Shown: piece by piece, positions 1 to 11,252 of the stretch
Position numbering within the stretch: position 1 is the first letter of the stretch
Layout: the number at the start of each line of letters is the position of its first letter
Assembly: GCF_006345805.1 (NCBI RefSeq)
Contig: NC_043007.1
Span: 32,984,001-33,048,000, forward strand
DNA length: 64,000 nucleotides
Direction: 5' to 3'
Source: Octopus sinensis
Lineage: Eukaryota
Made by a program: the position numbers and the translations under genes
Notes under the pieces: model-generated
Told to the model about the DNA's origin: nothing
The model's input: the letters and a program-made list of their open reading frames with translations, nothing else
Database searches by the model: none

Positions 1-942
1 TCTTCTTTATCTTTATCTTTATCTAGTTTCAGCTCACGAGCTGTGGCCATGGTGTTGCTACATGATTTTACTTCACGAATGCTTTTTAGCAATTGCCATT
101 TGGTGCATGAGATAGTTCGATGCAGCTGCCCTCATCTGCACCTCCTGCCGTGAAGTTGGTTCATCTGGGACACCTGACAAGAAGAGATCCAGTTTTATTT
201 TAAAGACATCTGCATCCACCCCATACAGTTCTCTCAGGTTCTTCGGGAGGATATTGAAGAGCTCTGGGCCTCTGAAGCCCAGGCTATCACAGTAAGTATC
301 TTGTCCTACATCTTGATGGCAAATTTGGAGTCCTTGGCACTAAGCAGTGGTGCCCAATTCTGGCATTTGTGTAACTCTCGATGCCAAAGTTTGGGACAAG
401 TCCTTCTAGGATCTTCCAGATGTATATTATGGCATATCTTTCTCGCCTACATTCTAAGGAATACAGTCTTAATCTCGTGAGTCTTTCCCAGTAGCTTATA
501 TGCTGCACAGAGGCTATCTTCTTCGTGTAGCTTCGTTGGATCGCCTCAAGTTCTGTGATTAACTTGACACTGGATGGTGACCATAGCTGAGAGCAATAGT
601 CAAAGTGGCTTAGGACAAGTGTCCTCCAGAGGACCATCATGGTTTCTTGGTCTCTTGTTCTAAAGGTTCTAAGAATCCATCCGGTCAGCCGCCTACATTT
701 CATTGCCAATTTAGCAACATGCACATGAAAGGTTGCATCATCACTCATGTAAATACCCAGGTCTCGCACTGATTGTGCCTCTGGGGTTGCAATCCCTCCA
801 GGTCCAGTGTATTTATTGGGTATTGCATTTAGTTTTGCATGCTGATAGCATAAAGCTTGAAACTTTTCAGCATTGAACTGCATGCTATTCTTTTCAGCCC
901 ACTTGTATATTTTGTCCAGCTCACATTGCAGGTGCTTAGTGT
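1..942 (-). mobile_element. 5'-truncated CR1-type LINE, copy 1 (RT C-terminus plus 3' UTR)
   Basis: ORF 287..883 contains VRDLGI, LSHFDYCSQLWSP and RLRLYSLECRRERY. Nearly identical to 2768-3700. Tail is (AAAGAT)n at 1-23. Relative to copy 2 it has a 4-bp duplication (agta, about 293) that breaks the frame and an 18-bp 3' UTR deletion. Similarity stops at 942, where a (TATG)n tract starts. Confidence 0.9.
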
Positions 943-967
943 ATATATATGTATATAATTATGTATG

Positions 968-1001
<34 letters not shown>

Positions 1002-1062
1002 TGTATGTATGTATGTATGTATGTATGTATTATGTACATGTATATATCTATGCATGTATCAT

Positions 1063-1257
1063 AGTCCTACACCTCCCATCACCATTTGACAACAGATGTT
1101 AGTTTCTTTACGTCACCGTAACCTAGCGGTTCGGCAAACAGACCGATAGAATAAGTACTAGGTTTTAAAAACTTCCTGGGGTCGATTTGTTCGTCTAAAA
1201 GCATTCAAGGCGTGATGGTCAAGCATGGCCGAACTTACTGAGACAAGTAAAAAAGAC
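1063..1257 (+). mobile_element. SINE family C, 3' half (degenerate)
   Basis: Matches the family C body and tail (ttagcggttcggcaaa..gaccgatagaataagtactagg..ggggtcgatttg..agcatggcc..gaRacaagtaaaa). Confidence 0.75.
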
Positions 1258-1276
1258 TATATATATATATATATAA

Positions 1277-1312
<36 letters not shown>

Positions 1313-1364
1313 CTCTATCTCTCTATCTCTCTCTCTATATATATATATGTATGTATGTATTTAT

Positions 1365-1402
<38 letters not shown>

Positions 1403-1447
1403 GTATATATATGTATGTATATAGGTATATATGTATATTTTCTCTCC

Positions 1448-1515
<68 letters not shown>

Positions 1516-1818
1516 TATATATATATATACATCATATATATATATGTATATATATATAGATGATGTTTGCTTCATCTTGACAGATGATAGTCGTCCCACC
1601 AACACACATACCGCACCCATCACGCAGCACAATCACTCCATAGATGAACCCTTAGATGACTTTGAAGACCAGCTGTTGACTGACAGGGTCTAAAACTCAA
1701 GTGACAGATGTTATTCAAATTTCTTCTAAATCTTTGCCCTTTAGTTTGTGATTCTCAAGCAAAGTTTTTTGTGAACTAGCCTGTCTGTTAAGTCCAGATA
1801 TTGTCTTACAAGTTTTTT

Positions 1819-1861
<43 letters not shown>

Positions 1862-2108
1862 CAAAGGAATTCCTACACTGTCTGGTTCTTTTTATGTTTT
1901 ATTTATATTCTTTATAATATTAATGTAGAATATAGAATATATAGTATAAATAGTATATATAGTAAAATGAAATGAAGTATTGATTACCTTATTGAATAGA
2001 TAAAATATTGAATATCAAATATTAAGGGACTAGAATACTTTCTTGCATTAAGCAGTCTTCAAGGTCCCAGGTTGTGACAGGAGTGTTACAACTGTGTGTG
2101 TGTATATA

Positions 2109-2150
<42 letters not shown>

Positions 2151-2309
2151 TATATATATATGCATACACACATACAATACATATGTATATATGTATTTAT
2201 GTATGTATGTATGCAAGCATGTATGTATGCATGTATGTATGTATGTATGTATGTATGTATGTATGTATGTATGTATGTATGTATGTATGTATGTGTGCAG
2301 ATTTGTATA

Positions 2310-2575
2310 TCTCTTCTGTATTTAATCATTTGAATTCTTACTGTCGAGAAGGAGCTGGTTTCAAAGATACAGAGCTCCATCTTTGGAATGTAGATGGCAA
2401 ACAATAAGTCACATTCTAAACTTGAGAAAAGTCTTGCATAGTTCTACGGTTCCGCTTACAGTTTGAATTTGCAGTGTGCGATTCTGTTGGTTGATTTCTT
2501 TTTCTGAAAGTCCAAGCTTATCCAGACGGACGGTTAGGCATTTACTCGCAAAGCCAAGTGCTCCAACTGTCATTC
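2310..2575 (-). mobile_element. Old RLE-type LINE 3' end fragment
   Basis: Minus-strand translation gives VGALGFASKCLTVRLDKLG and, after a frameshift, VSGTVELCKTFLKF*, resembling the C-terminus of RLE-domain LINE proteins. Confidence 0.45.
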
Positions 2576-2738
2576 TTTTCTACTCTAGGCACAAGACACG
2601 AAATTTTTAGGGAAAAAGCCAGTCGATTAGATCGACCCCATTACACAACTGGTACTTAATTTATCGAACCCAAAAGGATGAAAGGCAAAGTCGACCTCGG
2701 CGGAATTTGACTGATGTAATACCGTTAAGTATTTCGCC
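2575..2738 (-). mobile_element. SINE family A with tail type 2 (partial)
   Basis: Family A core (aaaggatgaaaggcaaagtcgacctcggcggaatttga) with the ctactctaggcacaag..gaaattt tail. Confidence 0.8.
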
Positions 2739-2834
2739 CTGTATATTTATTTATTTTTTATTTTATTTAGTTTCAGCTCACAAGCTGTGGCCATGCTGGG
2801 GCACCGCCATTTGGTGTTGCTACATGATTTTACT

Positions 2835-3641
2835 TCACGAATGCTTTTTAGCAATTGCCATTTGGTGCATGAGAGAGTTCGATGCAGCTGCCCTCATCTG
2901 TACCTCCTGCCGTGAAGTTGGTTCATCTGGGACACCTGACAAGAAGAGATCCAGTTTTATTTTAAAGACATCTGCATCCACCCCATGCAGGTCTCTTAGG
3001 TTCTTCGGGAGGATATTGAAGAGCTCTGGGCCTCTGAAGCCCAGGCTATCACAGTATCTTGTCCTACATCTTGATGGCAAATTTGGAGTCCTTGGCACTA
3101 TGCAGTGGCGCCCAGTTCTGGCATTTGTGTAACTCTCGATGCCAAAGTTTGGGACAAGTCCTTCTAGGATCTTCCAGATGTATATTATGGCATATCTTTC
3201 TCGCCTACGCTCTAAGGAATAGAGTCTCAATCTCTTGAGTCTTTCCCAATAGCTTATATGCTGCACAGAGGCTATCTTCTTCGTGTAGCTTCGTTGGATC
3301 GCCTCAAGTTCTGTGATTAACTTGACACTGGATGGTGACCATAGCTGAGAGCAATAGTCAAAGTGGCTTAGGACAAGTGTCCTCCAGAGGACCATCATGG
3401 TTTCTTGGTCTCTTGTTCTAAAGGTTCTAAGAATCCATCCGGTCAGCCGCCTACATTTCATTGCCAATTTAGCAACATGCACATGAAAGGTTGCATCATC
3501 ACTCATGTAAATACCCAGGTCTCTCACTGATTGTGCCTCTGGGATTGCAATCCCTCCAGGTCCAGTGTATTTATTGGGTATTGCATTTAGTTTTGCATGC
3601 TGATAGTATAAAGCTTGAAACTTTTCAGCATTGAACTGCAT
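2835..3641 (-). pseudogene. CR1 ORF2 C-terminal segment (RT thumb and downstream region)
   Basis: QFNAEKFQ..VRDLGIYMSDD..LSHFDYCSQLWSP..YSLERRRERYAIIYIWKIL..FKIKLDLFL is a typical CR1-group C-terminus. Confidence 0.9.
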
Positions 3642-3773
3642 GCTATTCTTTTCAGCCCACTTGTATATTTTGTCCAGCTCACATTGCAGGTGCTTAGTGT
3701 CTTCAGGGTTCTGTATTGCCTGTGAAACTTTTGTATCATCTGCATAACTTGTGATCGTGGCTCTCTGCGTGGC

Positions 3774-4637
3774 TCAGGGCATGTCTAAGAGGGCCATTAT
3801 GAACAGTAGTGGTCCCAGAACAGTGCCTTGCGGAACACCGCTCACTATTTGCGTGTTAATGGAAGTGGCCCCATTAGCTACTACCACCTGACTTCTATCC
3901 TTCAGAAAGTCATGAAGCCATTCTCCAACTATGCCAAGATCACGCAGTTTGTGACATATCATTCCATGATCGACTTTATCAAAGGCCTTTGTAAAGTCGA
4001 GATATATGACTTCCACATTTGAGTGGTTGAGCAGTCGTTTCAGCACCCAGTCATAGTGTTGTAGGAGCTGAGTTAAGCAGCTTCTTCCTGGTCGGAAACC
4101 ATGTTGGGTGTCAGGCAGCAAGTCATTTTCTTCAAGGAAGGTGATTAGTTTCCTTCTGACTATTCGTTCCATGACCTTGCTGATGTGTGAGGTTAGAGAG
4201 ATAGGTCTGTAGTTCTTGGCCTCCGCTCTGCTACCTCCTTTATGAATAGGGCATATTTTACCTTCCTTCAGTTTTCTTGGAAGTTTGCCCGTTGCAAGGA
4301 AGCTCTGAAAGAGGAACTGCAGTGGTCTTGCTAGGACTCTCTTACATACTTTTAGAAGGATTGCTGGGAATCCATCAGGGCCAGTAGCTGAGTTTGTTTT
4401 TATTTCATCAATAGCCTTTATTACATAGTCTTCCTTTATATTGATGTAATCAATCATCGCTGCCTCTGATTTTATATCTGCAGTGGTAAAGAAGTCAGTT
4501 GGGTTGCTGACTTGAAAATGCCCTAGGGGTGGAGTGAAAATACTCTTGAATTGCTCATTTAGTATTTCACTTACCTGTATTGGATTTCCTGTGAGTGTGC
4601 CATCCCTTTCAAGGAGTGGCCCTATCCTACAGTGCAC
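3774..4637 (-). pseudogene. CR1 ORF2 reverse transcriptase core
   Basis: Motifs SATGPDGFP, KNYRPISLTSHISKVMERI, QHGFRPGRSC, YLDFTKAFDKVDH and SGVPQGTVLGPLLF. The ADD motif follows in a shifted frame at about 3750. Confidence 0.93.
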
Positions 4638-5029
4638 CGTAGCTGTTTCTTTGGCATACCTGTAGAAAGCTCTGGGGTTAGATTTTATGTCGTCTATAGC
4701 CAGGCTTCTTTGTCTGCTCTTTCTTTTTCATGGGAGAGTTGCAGACATTTTTCAATTTCCAACAGTTTTATTTTCAGGCGGGACTTTTCACTGCTTTCAA
4801 TTTGTTTGTTTAGGCGATTTGAAATTTTGTACGCCGTCTCATTAGAATTTTCCTCTCTCTGGGGATTTTGCTCTTGTGTACAGTGGCCTTTCTCTCTGGA
4901 ACACATTTGTAGCATATGGCTTGCATTACAGACATGAATTGTTGAAGTTTCATGTCGATGTCTGGCGAGGATAGACATTCAGGCCAGTTTTGTTTGAGGA
5001 TCTCTTTCTCAATTTGTTTCCAGTTTGCC

Positions 5030-5811
5030 TTATGGAAGTTCAGGCTGGAAAGATTCTGAGAGTTTCTTGTAGGCTGCATGTCCATGTTTTCCTTTGGTCA
5101 GCTCTACCATGTTGTGATCCGAGAGTAGTGTCGGCGTCACTTTCACATTATGGATGAGATCCATATTATTTGTGAAGCAGAGATCCAGTATGTTAACTGC
5201 CCTGGTTGGTTGGAGTATTACTTGTTCCATGTACAGAGTGTTGATGAGGTTCAGGAGGAACCTCGCCTGTCCTCGTTCACATCGTGTCATTCCTGGGAGA
5301 GAAAGGCCCACGGGCCATCTGACATTGGGTAGATTGAAGTCTCCCATAAGAAGTACACATATGTGTTGTTCTAATGTGACTAGAACTTCTATTTTTATAA
5401 CGCAGTCTTCAAACTTGCCTACATGACTTGGGGCATCTGGAGGGCGATATGTAGCACATATAACAACACAAAGTTGCCTTATATGTACAATTAGTGTGTC
5501 ACACACCGAATTTGAGTATGACAAAAGGACCTGGGTTGTGAGGTCCTCACGGATGTACATAGCAACTCCTCCATGACTCCTTTCTTTTCTGTCGGTCCGT
5601 AGTACAACATACTGTGGTATGTGTATTTCCGCATCTGCTATGTCCGGTTTCAGGTGTGTTTCCGTAAGTGCTATGCATAAGAACGGGATTTTTGTCCTAT
5701 TACTGAGTGTTAGCAGTCCTCTGATGTTCAGTAGGAGCTTATGATTGGAGGTGAGGCGTATACTGTTGCCGGCGGTGTCCACCTTGGGTCTATTTGCCGT
5801 GGCGGTCTTGT
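5030..5811 (-). pseudogene. CR1 ORF2 apurinic-like (APE) endonuclease
   Basis: Motifs LLNIRGL, IALTETHL, GGVAMYIR, YRPP, MGDFNLP, NILDLCFTN and SDHNMV. The ORF-track start at 5845 lies inside the adjacent SINE. Confidence 0.9.
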
Positions 5812-5827
5812 GTATACTAACGTTTCT

Positions 5828-6232
5828 TATTTCTTTACTACCCACAAGGGTCTACACACAGAGGGGACAAACAAACGGATTAAATCGATTATATTTACCC
5901 CAGTGCGTAACTGGTACTTATTTAATCGACCCCAAAAGATGAAACGCAAAGTCGACCTCGGCGGAATTTGAACTCAGAACGTAACGGCAGGAGAAATACC
6001 TATTTCTTTACTACCCACAAGGGGTTAAACACAGAGAGGACAAACAAGGCCAGACAAACAGATTAAGTCGATTATATTGACCCCAGTACGTAACTGGTAC
6101 TTATCTAATCGACCCCGAAAGGATGAAAGGCAAAGTCGACCTCGGCGGAATTTGAACTCAGAACGTAACGGCAGACGAAATACCGCAAAGCATTTCGCCC
6201 GGCGTGCTAACGTTTCTGCCAGCTCACCGCCT
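5828..6232 (-). mobile_element. Tandem or nested pair of SINE A (tail type 1, 'A1')
   Basis: tRNA-like head with A-box-like gctggcagaaacgttag and B-box gagttcaaattcc. One full unit at 6001-6232 and a head-less unit at 5828-6000. Confidence 0.9.
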
Positions 6233-6393
6233 TAGTGATCCAAATATTATTGGCATAAATGTAAATTTATAACTCGGAGATAAAAGATGGATGTTTCGAA
6301 GCAGTTGTTGTATGTATGTATATATGTATGGTTGTATGTATACGTAGGCTTGTATTCTTCTGGCGCTGTTGTCAGTATTATAGAATACTCTGT

Positions 6394-6773
6394 GGAGGCG
6401 CAATGGCCCAGTGGTTAGGGCAGCGGACTCGCGGTCGTAGGATCGTGGTTTCGATTCCCAGACCGGGCGTTGTGAGTGTTTATTGAGCGAAAACACCTAA
6501 ACCTCCATGAGGCTCCGGCAGGGATGGTGGTGATCCCTGCTGTACTCTTTCACCACAACTTTCTCTCACTCTTACTTCCTGTTTCTGTTGTACCTGTATT
6601 TCAAAGGGCCGGCCTTGTCACTCTCTGTGTCACGCTGAATATCCCCGAGAACTACGTTAAGGGTACACGTGTCTGTGGAGTGCTCAGCCACTTACACGTT
6701 AATTTCACGAGTAGGCTGTTCCGTTGATCGGATCAACCGGAACCCTCGTCGTCGTAACTGACGGAGTGCTTCC
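6394..6773 (+). mobile_element. SINE family B, tail 1, full length with 12-bp TSD
   Basis: tRNA-like head ggaggcgcaatggcccagtggttagggcagcggactcg..ggtttcgattccc. TSD agaatactctgt at 6382-6393 and 6774-6785. Confidence 0.92.
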
Positions 6774-7134
6774 AGAATACTCTGTAATATTCTGGCGGTT
6801 TGTAATTATTTTCTACACATTTAACTCCCAGTATCTTATTTACATCCTTGCAATATTTTTCGTTTAATTTCTGATTTTATATTTCTCATGAATAGTGCCG
6901 AGTCTCAAGCAATATTTATCTTACATATTTTCATTTCTTAATTGAAATTATATTGACTCTTTCTACGTCGATTTTCTATTGTCTTTTATTTTTTCTTTCG
7001 GTAATAACTAATATTATTTAGACGATACTTACTTCTATTATATAAACAGCAAAATAAATTCTACATATACGTAAGCGTGTATGTCTATACATACATATAT
7101 ACATATATAAGCACACATATATAAATATTTATAC

Positions 7135-7174
<40 letters not shown>

Positions 7175-7289
7175 TCTAGTGTCTATAATTATTTCTTTTC
7201 CTTGGTGAATAAATTTTAATGTCATTTGGTTCGTTTTTGCCAGTCTGTAATAAGGTGGGCTGTGTGTGCAATTTCAACTCCAAATTTGT

Positions 7290-7379
7290 GTGGGTGTTTG
7301 TGTGTGCATGTGTGTGTGTGAAGGAGAGAGAGAGAGAGAGAGAGTGTGTGTGTGTGTGTGTGTGTAAAAGAGAGAGAGA

Positions 7380-7444
<65 letters not shown>

Positions 7445-7495
7445 TGTGTGTGTGTGTGTGTGTGTGTGCATGTGTGTGTGTGTGTGTGTGTAGAT
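7290..7495. repeat. Compound microsatellite of alternating (TG)n and (AG)n blocks
   Basis: Three cycles of TG and AG tracts are directly visible. Confidence 0.9.
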
Positions 7496-7506
7496 ATATA
7501 TGTATA

Positions 7507-7715
7507 CAGAGTCCGCCCCGAAAAGTGTATACATACTTCAGGAAAGGAAACGTCTATATAAATACTCAACTTACGTAAGGACCTTATAAATATAGATACA
7601 TCTTTCGATGTTTTATTAAAATGCGATAAAACTGACCAAATTGCAATAACACTGAATTAAAATATTTATCCAGATCTTCCATTTCCTGAAGTGTGTATAC
7701 ATTTTGGGGTTGGAT
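7507..7715. mobile_element. Tc1/mariner-type MITE (about 210 bp)
   Basis: Imperfect terminal inverted repeats ccccgaaaagtgtatacatacttcaggaaa / tttcctgaagtgtgtatacattttgggg. Starts TA|CAG; the right end is eroded into (TA)n. Confidence 0.7.
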
Positions 7716-7915
7716 TATATATATATATATATAAGTAAATAAATGGTACAACGAGGCACCGATATTTACTGGAAATAGCAATCGTAATAAATACGACGCT
7801 ACTTTCGTATTGCATTATTATTTTCATATATATATATATATATGTCTGTATATATATATGTATATATAAATATATATATATATGTGTGTGTGTATGTGTA
7901 TATATATATATATAG

Positions 7916-7943
<28 letters not shown>

Positions 7944-7946
<3 letters not shown>

Positions 7947-8063
7947 CTGCTCGCTTAGCCAGCGGGGTGGCGTCATTCGAAGGCTAAAACAATGCGAACG
8001 CATTGTGACCAGCGATGTGTAACTACATCTGATGGACTGGTCGGTCACGTGATGATGATGGTG
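7944..8063 (+). mobile_element. SINE B tail-2 fragment (3' end only)
   Basis: ctgctcgcttagccagcg..gaaggctaaaacaatgcgaa..ggtcggtcacgtga matches 34790-34904. Confidence 0.8.
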
Positions 8064-8075
8064 ATATATATATAT

Positions 8076-8290
8076 GGAGGGGGGAGAATTCACGGAAAAG
8101 ACAAAAGACGAAGACAGGTGGTGTAGAAAAACATGTATTAGTATAACGTTCGGGAAAATAGGGAAAAGTCTTTTACGTTTCGAGCCGACGCTCTTCGACA
8201 GAAAGGAAAAGGAATAAGAGGAAATAATGGAGAGAGAAAAATTGTGTAGAACTCAGAGATTCAACATGCCGTGATGACTGGGAAAAAAAG
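8076..8290 (-). mobile_element. Putative PLE terminal fragment with a minimal hammerhead-like motif
   Basis: Related copy at 51008-51135. HHR-like fold at 8170-8205. Both copies abut (TA)n. Confidence 0.6.
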
Positions 8291-8320
8291 AAGGAAGAAT
8301 ATAATATATATATATATAAT

Positions 8321-8360
<40 letters not shown>

Positions 8361-8439
8361 GTACAGCTTAACGGTACAGATCTCTCAACCGGAATTCGAG
8401 AGATACTGGGTTCGATTTCGTGAAGGCTAGCTAATCACT

Positions 8440-8737
8440 TTTTAGGTTTGGCGGTATGGTAAGAAGGTTGTTTCCCAACCACATGGTTCCGGTTTCAGTC
8501 CCACTGCATGGTACCCTGGGCAAGTGCCTTCTGCTATAGCTTCGGGCCGACCAAAGCCTTGTGGGTGGATTTGGTAGATGGAAGCTCAAAGAAGCCCGTC
8601 GAATATATACATATGTGTGTATATGTGTGTCCATTTGTGACTGTTTGTCTTCCCATCACCGTTCGACAACGGGTGTTTGTGTGTTTACGTCCCCGTAACT
8701 TAAATGTTCGGCAAAAGATACTAATAGAATAAGTGCT
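8440..8737 (+). mobile_element. SINE family C (3'-truncated)
   Basis: tRNA-like head (ggtaagaaggttgtttcccaaccacatggttccggtttcagtccc), CORE-like ctgggcaagtgccttct segment and internal microsatellite. Confidence 0.85.
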
Positions 8738-10617
8738 GGATAGTCCGTCGTTGCCGGGTAATTTTTACAGTAGACTGTCTGATATAAATTTTTGTTTATT
8801 CTTATATAAAGTTTTGTTTTGTTAGACCATGCCTTCCCCGACGGATAGGTCTCTTGATGAGGGCAGATTTCTGCAATTTTTCGCAAAAAGCTTCGTTGGG
8901 AATTTTTTTTCTTTCTTAAATTATTTACATGTCTGTTTGACAGTTTCACATGACTTTATTTATTAAAATTTAATAAAGCTTCAGAAGTTCTTACAACTTT
9001 GGTCGTCGTAATGCTTTACTTTCGTTTGTTTAGTAAAAGTTCCTCCTCGTAATGATTTTGCTTTCACTTTGTGATAGACAGCTATCGTGCAGAAAATACC
9101 AGCTTCCAAATCCTTTCCTCTGATTAGGTAAAAATTGATTAAACTTTAAACCTTAGTAACATTTTTCAGCAATTTTTCTGGAACAAATAAATGACAAAAT
9201 CGGATTTAACATGGAAAATTATTTCAATATACCAAATTTGAAAATTTTGACGTGATTTTAAAATTTTACAATATGTGATAGCAACATGAAAGGCCCTACA
9301 AAGGTAGAGAGATAGAGAGCTATAGGATGTCTATATTTGACCGCTGATTCGGTGCTGACTTATTTGACATCAGACATTCTTTTTTGTTTCTCTCGTCCCC
9401 ATTTCTCTTCCCTCTATTTTTCTGTTTATGTGTGTGAACAAATTTCTTTTTATGCGTAGGAGAGAAGGGAAAGTAATTATGTCTATCGTGTTAAATCAAT
9501 ACATTGTAATATGTCTCACAATCACTCACTCGCTCTATCATTTCATATATATATATATATATATTTCTACCTCCTCATGTTTGTGAGGATATGAGTGTGT
9601 GTGCGAGTATTTGCCTCTAGTACCAAAAAGTTCTGTCACCAAAACAGCTTGAATATCCAACCAGCAGTACCAAAGAGCTTCGTCTCATTCCGAATTTTTT
9701 TTTTTCTAATATATTTTATGTCTATTTTTTTACCTTTTTCACTTATTGAACTTCTGACTGCGAAGTTCGAGCTACATTTGTTTCGCAGTGTACTTCTTTC
9801 AGCATACTTTTTCGCTTGGTTTCGGAGGCTTATGATTGAATTTGTCCGAAGTTGCGAAATTGCTTCGCAATTTTGCATTTCCTTCATGAAAATATTGCGC
9901 ACTGCAATTTACAACCTTATGTCCACCTTTAAAATAAAAGCAGCAGTAAAATGACGATTTTGCATGTGTACGTATCCTTCTGTTGGCTTGGTCGGGTGCA
10001 ATGACTGATATGTCACGATGTAGAGTTATTGTAGACTTCCCTAATGCTCTTTAAAAACGCAAGCAGCAATACGACGATTCGTTTAAGATTTTCATCTGAT
10101 GGTCTCTTGTTGATTACACCAGTCGTCTGATATTTAATTCTATCGACCTGAGAAATAATCAGAGGCAAAGTTACCCTCGGCGGAATTAACACTCAGCTAG
10201 CAAAGGACCGAAACGAAGCACCTCAAGGCAGTTGGACTCACTAGCGATTCCTCCTATTCGTTTTGTTACTAGTATAAGTAACTAAGAAAGAAGTAAAGAT
10301 CGGTAGGAATGCTACTAAAACATCTTTAACAAACACTAAACAGTCTTAACTAAAAATCAATATAAAGAAGAATCGATTACCAAAGCATTCAAGATAATAG
10401 CCGAATCGAAGAAAACTACCACAAGAATTAGAATAGATGTTTTACTAACATCTATAACAAAGGAAAAGAACACAACCTCTTTCGAAGAAGATAATAAAAA
10501 CTAAAATCGATTGACATGGGAGACATTTCTTTCCTTACTGTTTTGCTCCATTATCAGCCTCAATCAGTGGATTGCAACCATGCTGGAGCACGGATAGTAT
10601 TACACACACTCGTGCAC

Positions 10618-10658
<41 letters not shown>

Positions 10659-10846
10659 TGTGAACACAAACTCATGCAAATATTGCAACCTTAACAACAT
10701 TATAGGATCTCCGGAAAAGCAATGAATTAGGGCCATTTACATGCAGAAAGACAGCTTACATAGGTTCCATTATCCTGCGTGACTTAAGACAGCACGCACT
10801 TACGCATTTGCCCGCACACATACACAGAGAATCAAACACATGTTCA

Positions 10847-10917
<71 letters not shown>

Positions 10918-11193
10918 AAACATACATTCATATACCCACGCACAGAAAAATAGACACGTATAATGTACTTTTGAGGTTGAAAAACCTCACAATTTGTTAT
11001 TCAGTGTTTCGCATTACCGATCATCAGACAGAAGCTATACAAAACTAGGAGTAACAGCTTGTGAAGATGTTCAGTTCATTAAAACACAACACTTTACTCT
11101 GTCTTCGTTCTTGGTATTCGAGTACTATTTTCCCCATGTTTCGCACATATATGTTCTCATGTATAAGTGTATATCTATCTATCTATCTATCTA

Positions 11194-11251
<58 letters not shown>

Positions 11252-11252
11252 A

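Larger units (their letters stand above)
2745..5811 (-). mobile_element. CR1-type LINE, copy 2: near-complete ORF2 (APE endonuclease plus RT), frameshifted
   Basis: Endonuclease, linker and RT ORF pieces are collinear on the minus strand. AT-rich 3' tail at 2745-2767. The 5' side ends at a SINE A junction. Confidence 0.93.

Noticed and set aside
873-2407. ORFs rich in YI, CMYV or HT repeats (and dozens like them across the window)
   Set aside because: They are translations of (TA)n, (TATG)n, (CA)n and (GATA)n tracts, not proteins.
6394-6470. tRNA-like sequences at SINE heads (also 25049, 34599, 53640-53708, 56160-56237)
   Set aside because: They continue directly into SINE bodies, several with TSDs, and lack a complete cloverleaf, so they are not tRNA genes.
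9595-9954. Overlapping ORFs on both strands; TAGW resembles the Tigger ASxGW motif
   Set aside because: Similarity is too weak to call and no other motifs support it.
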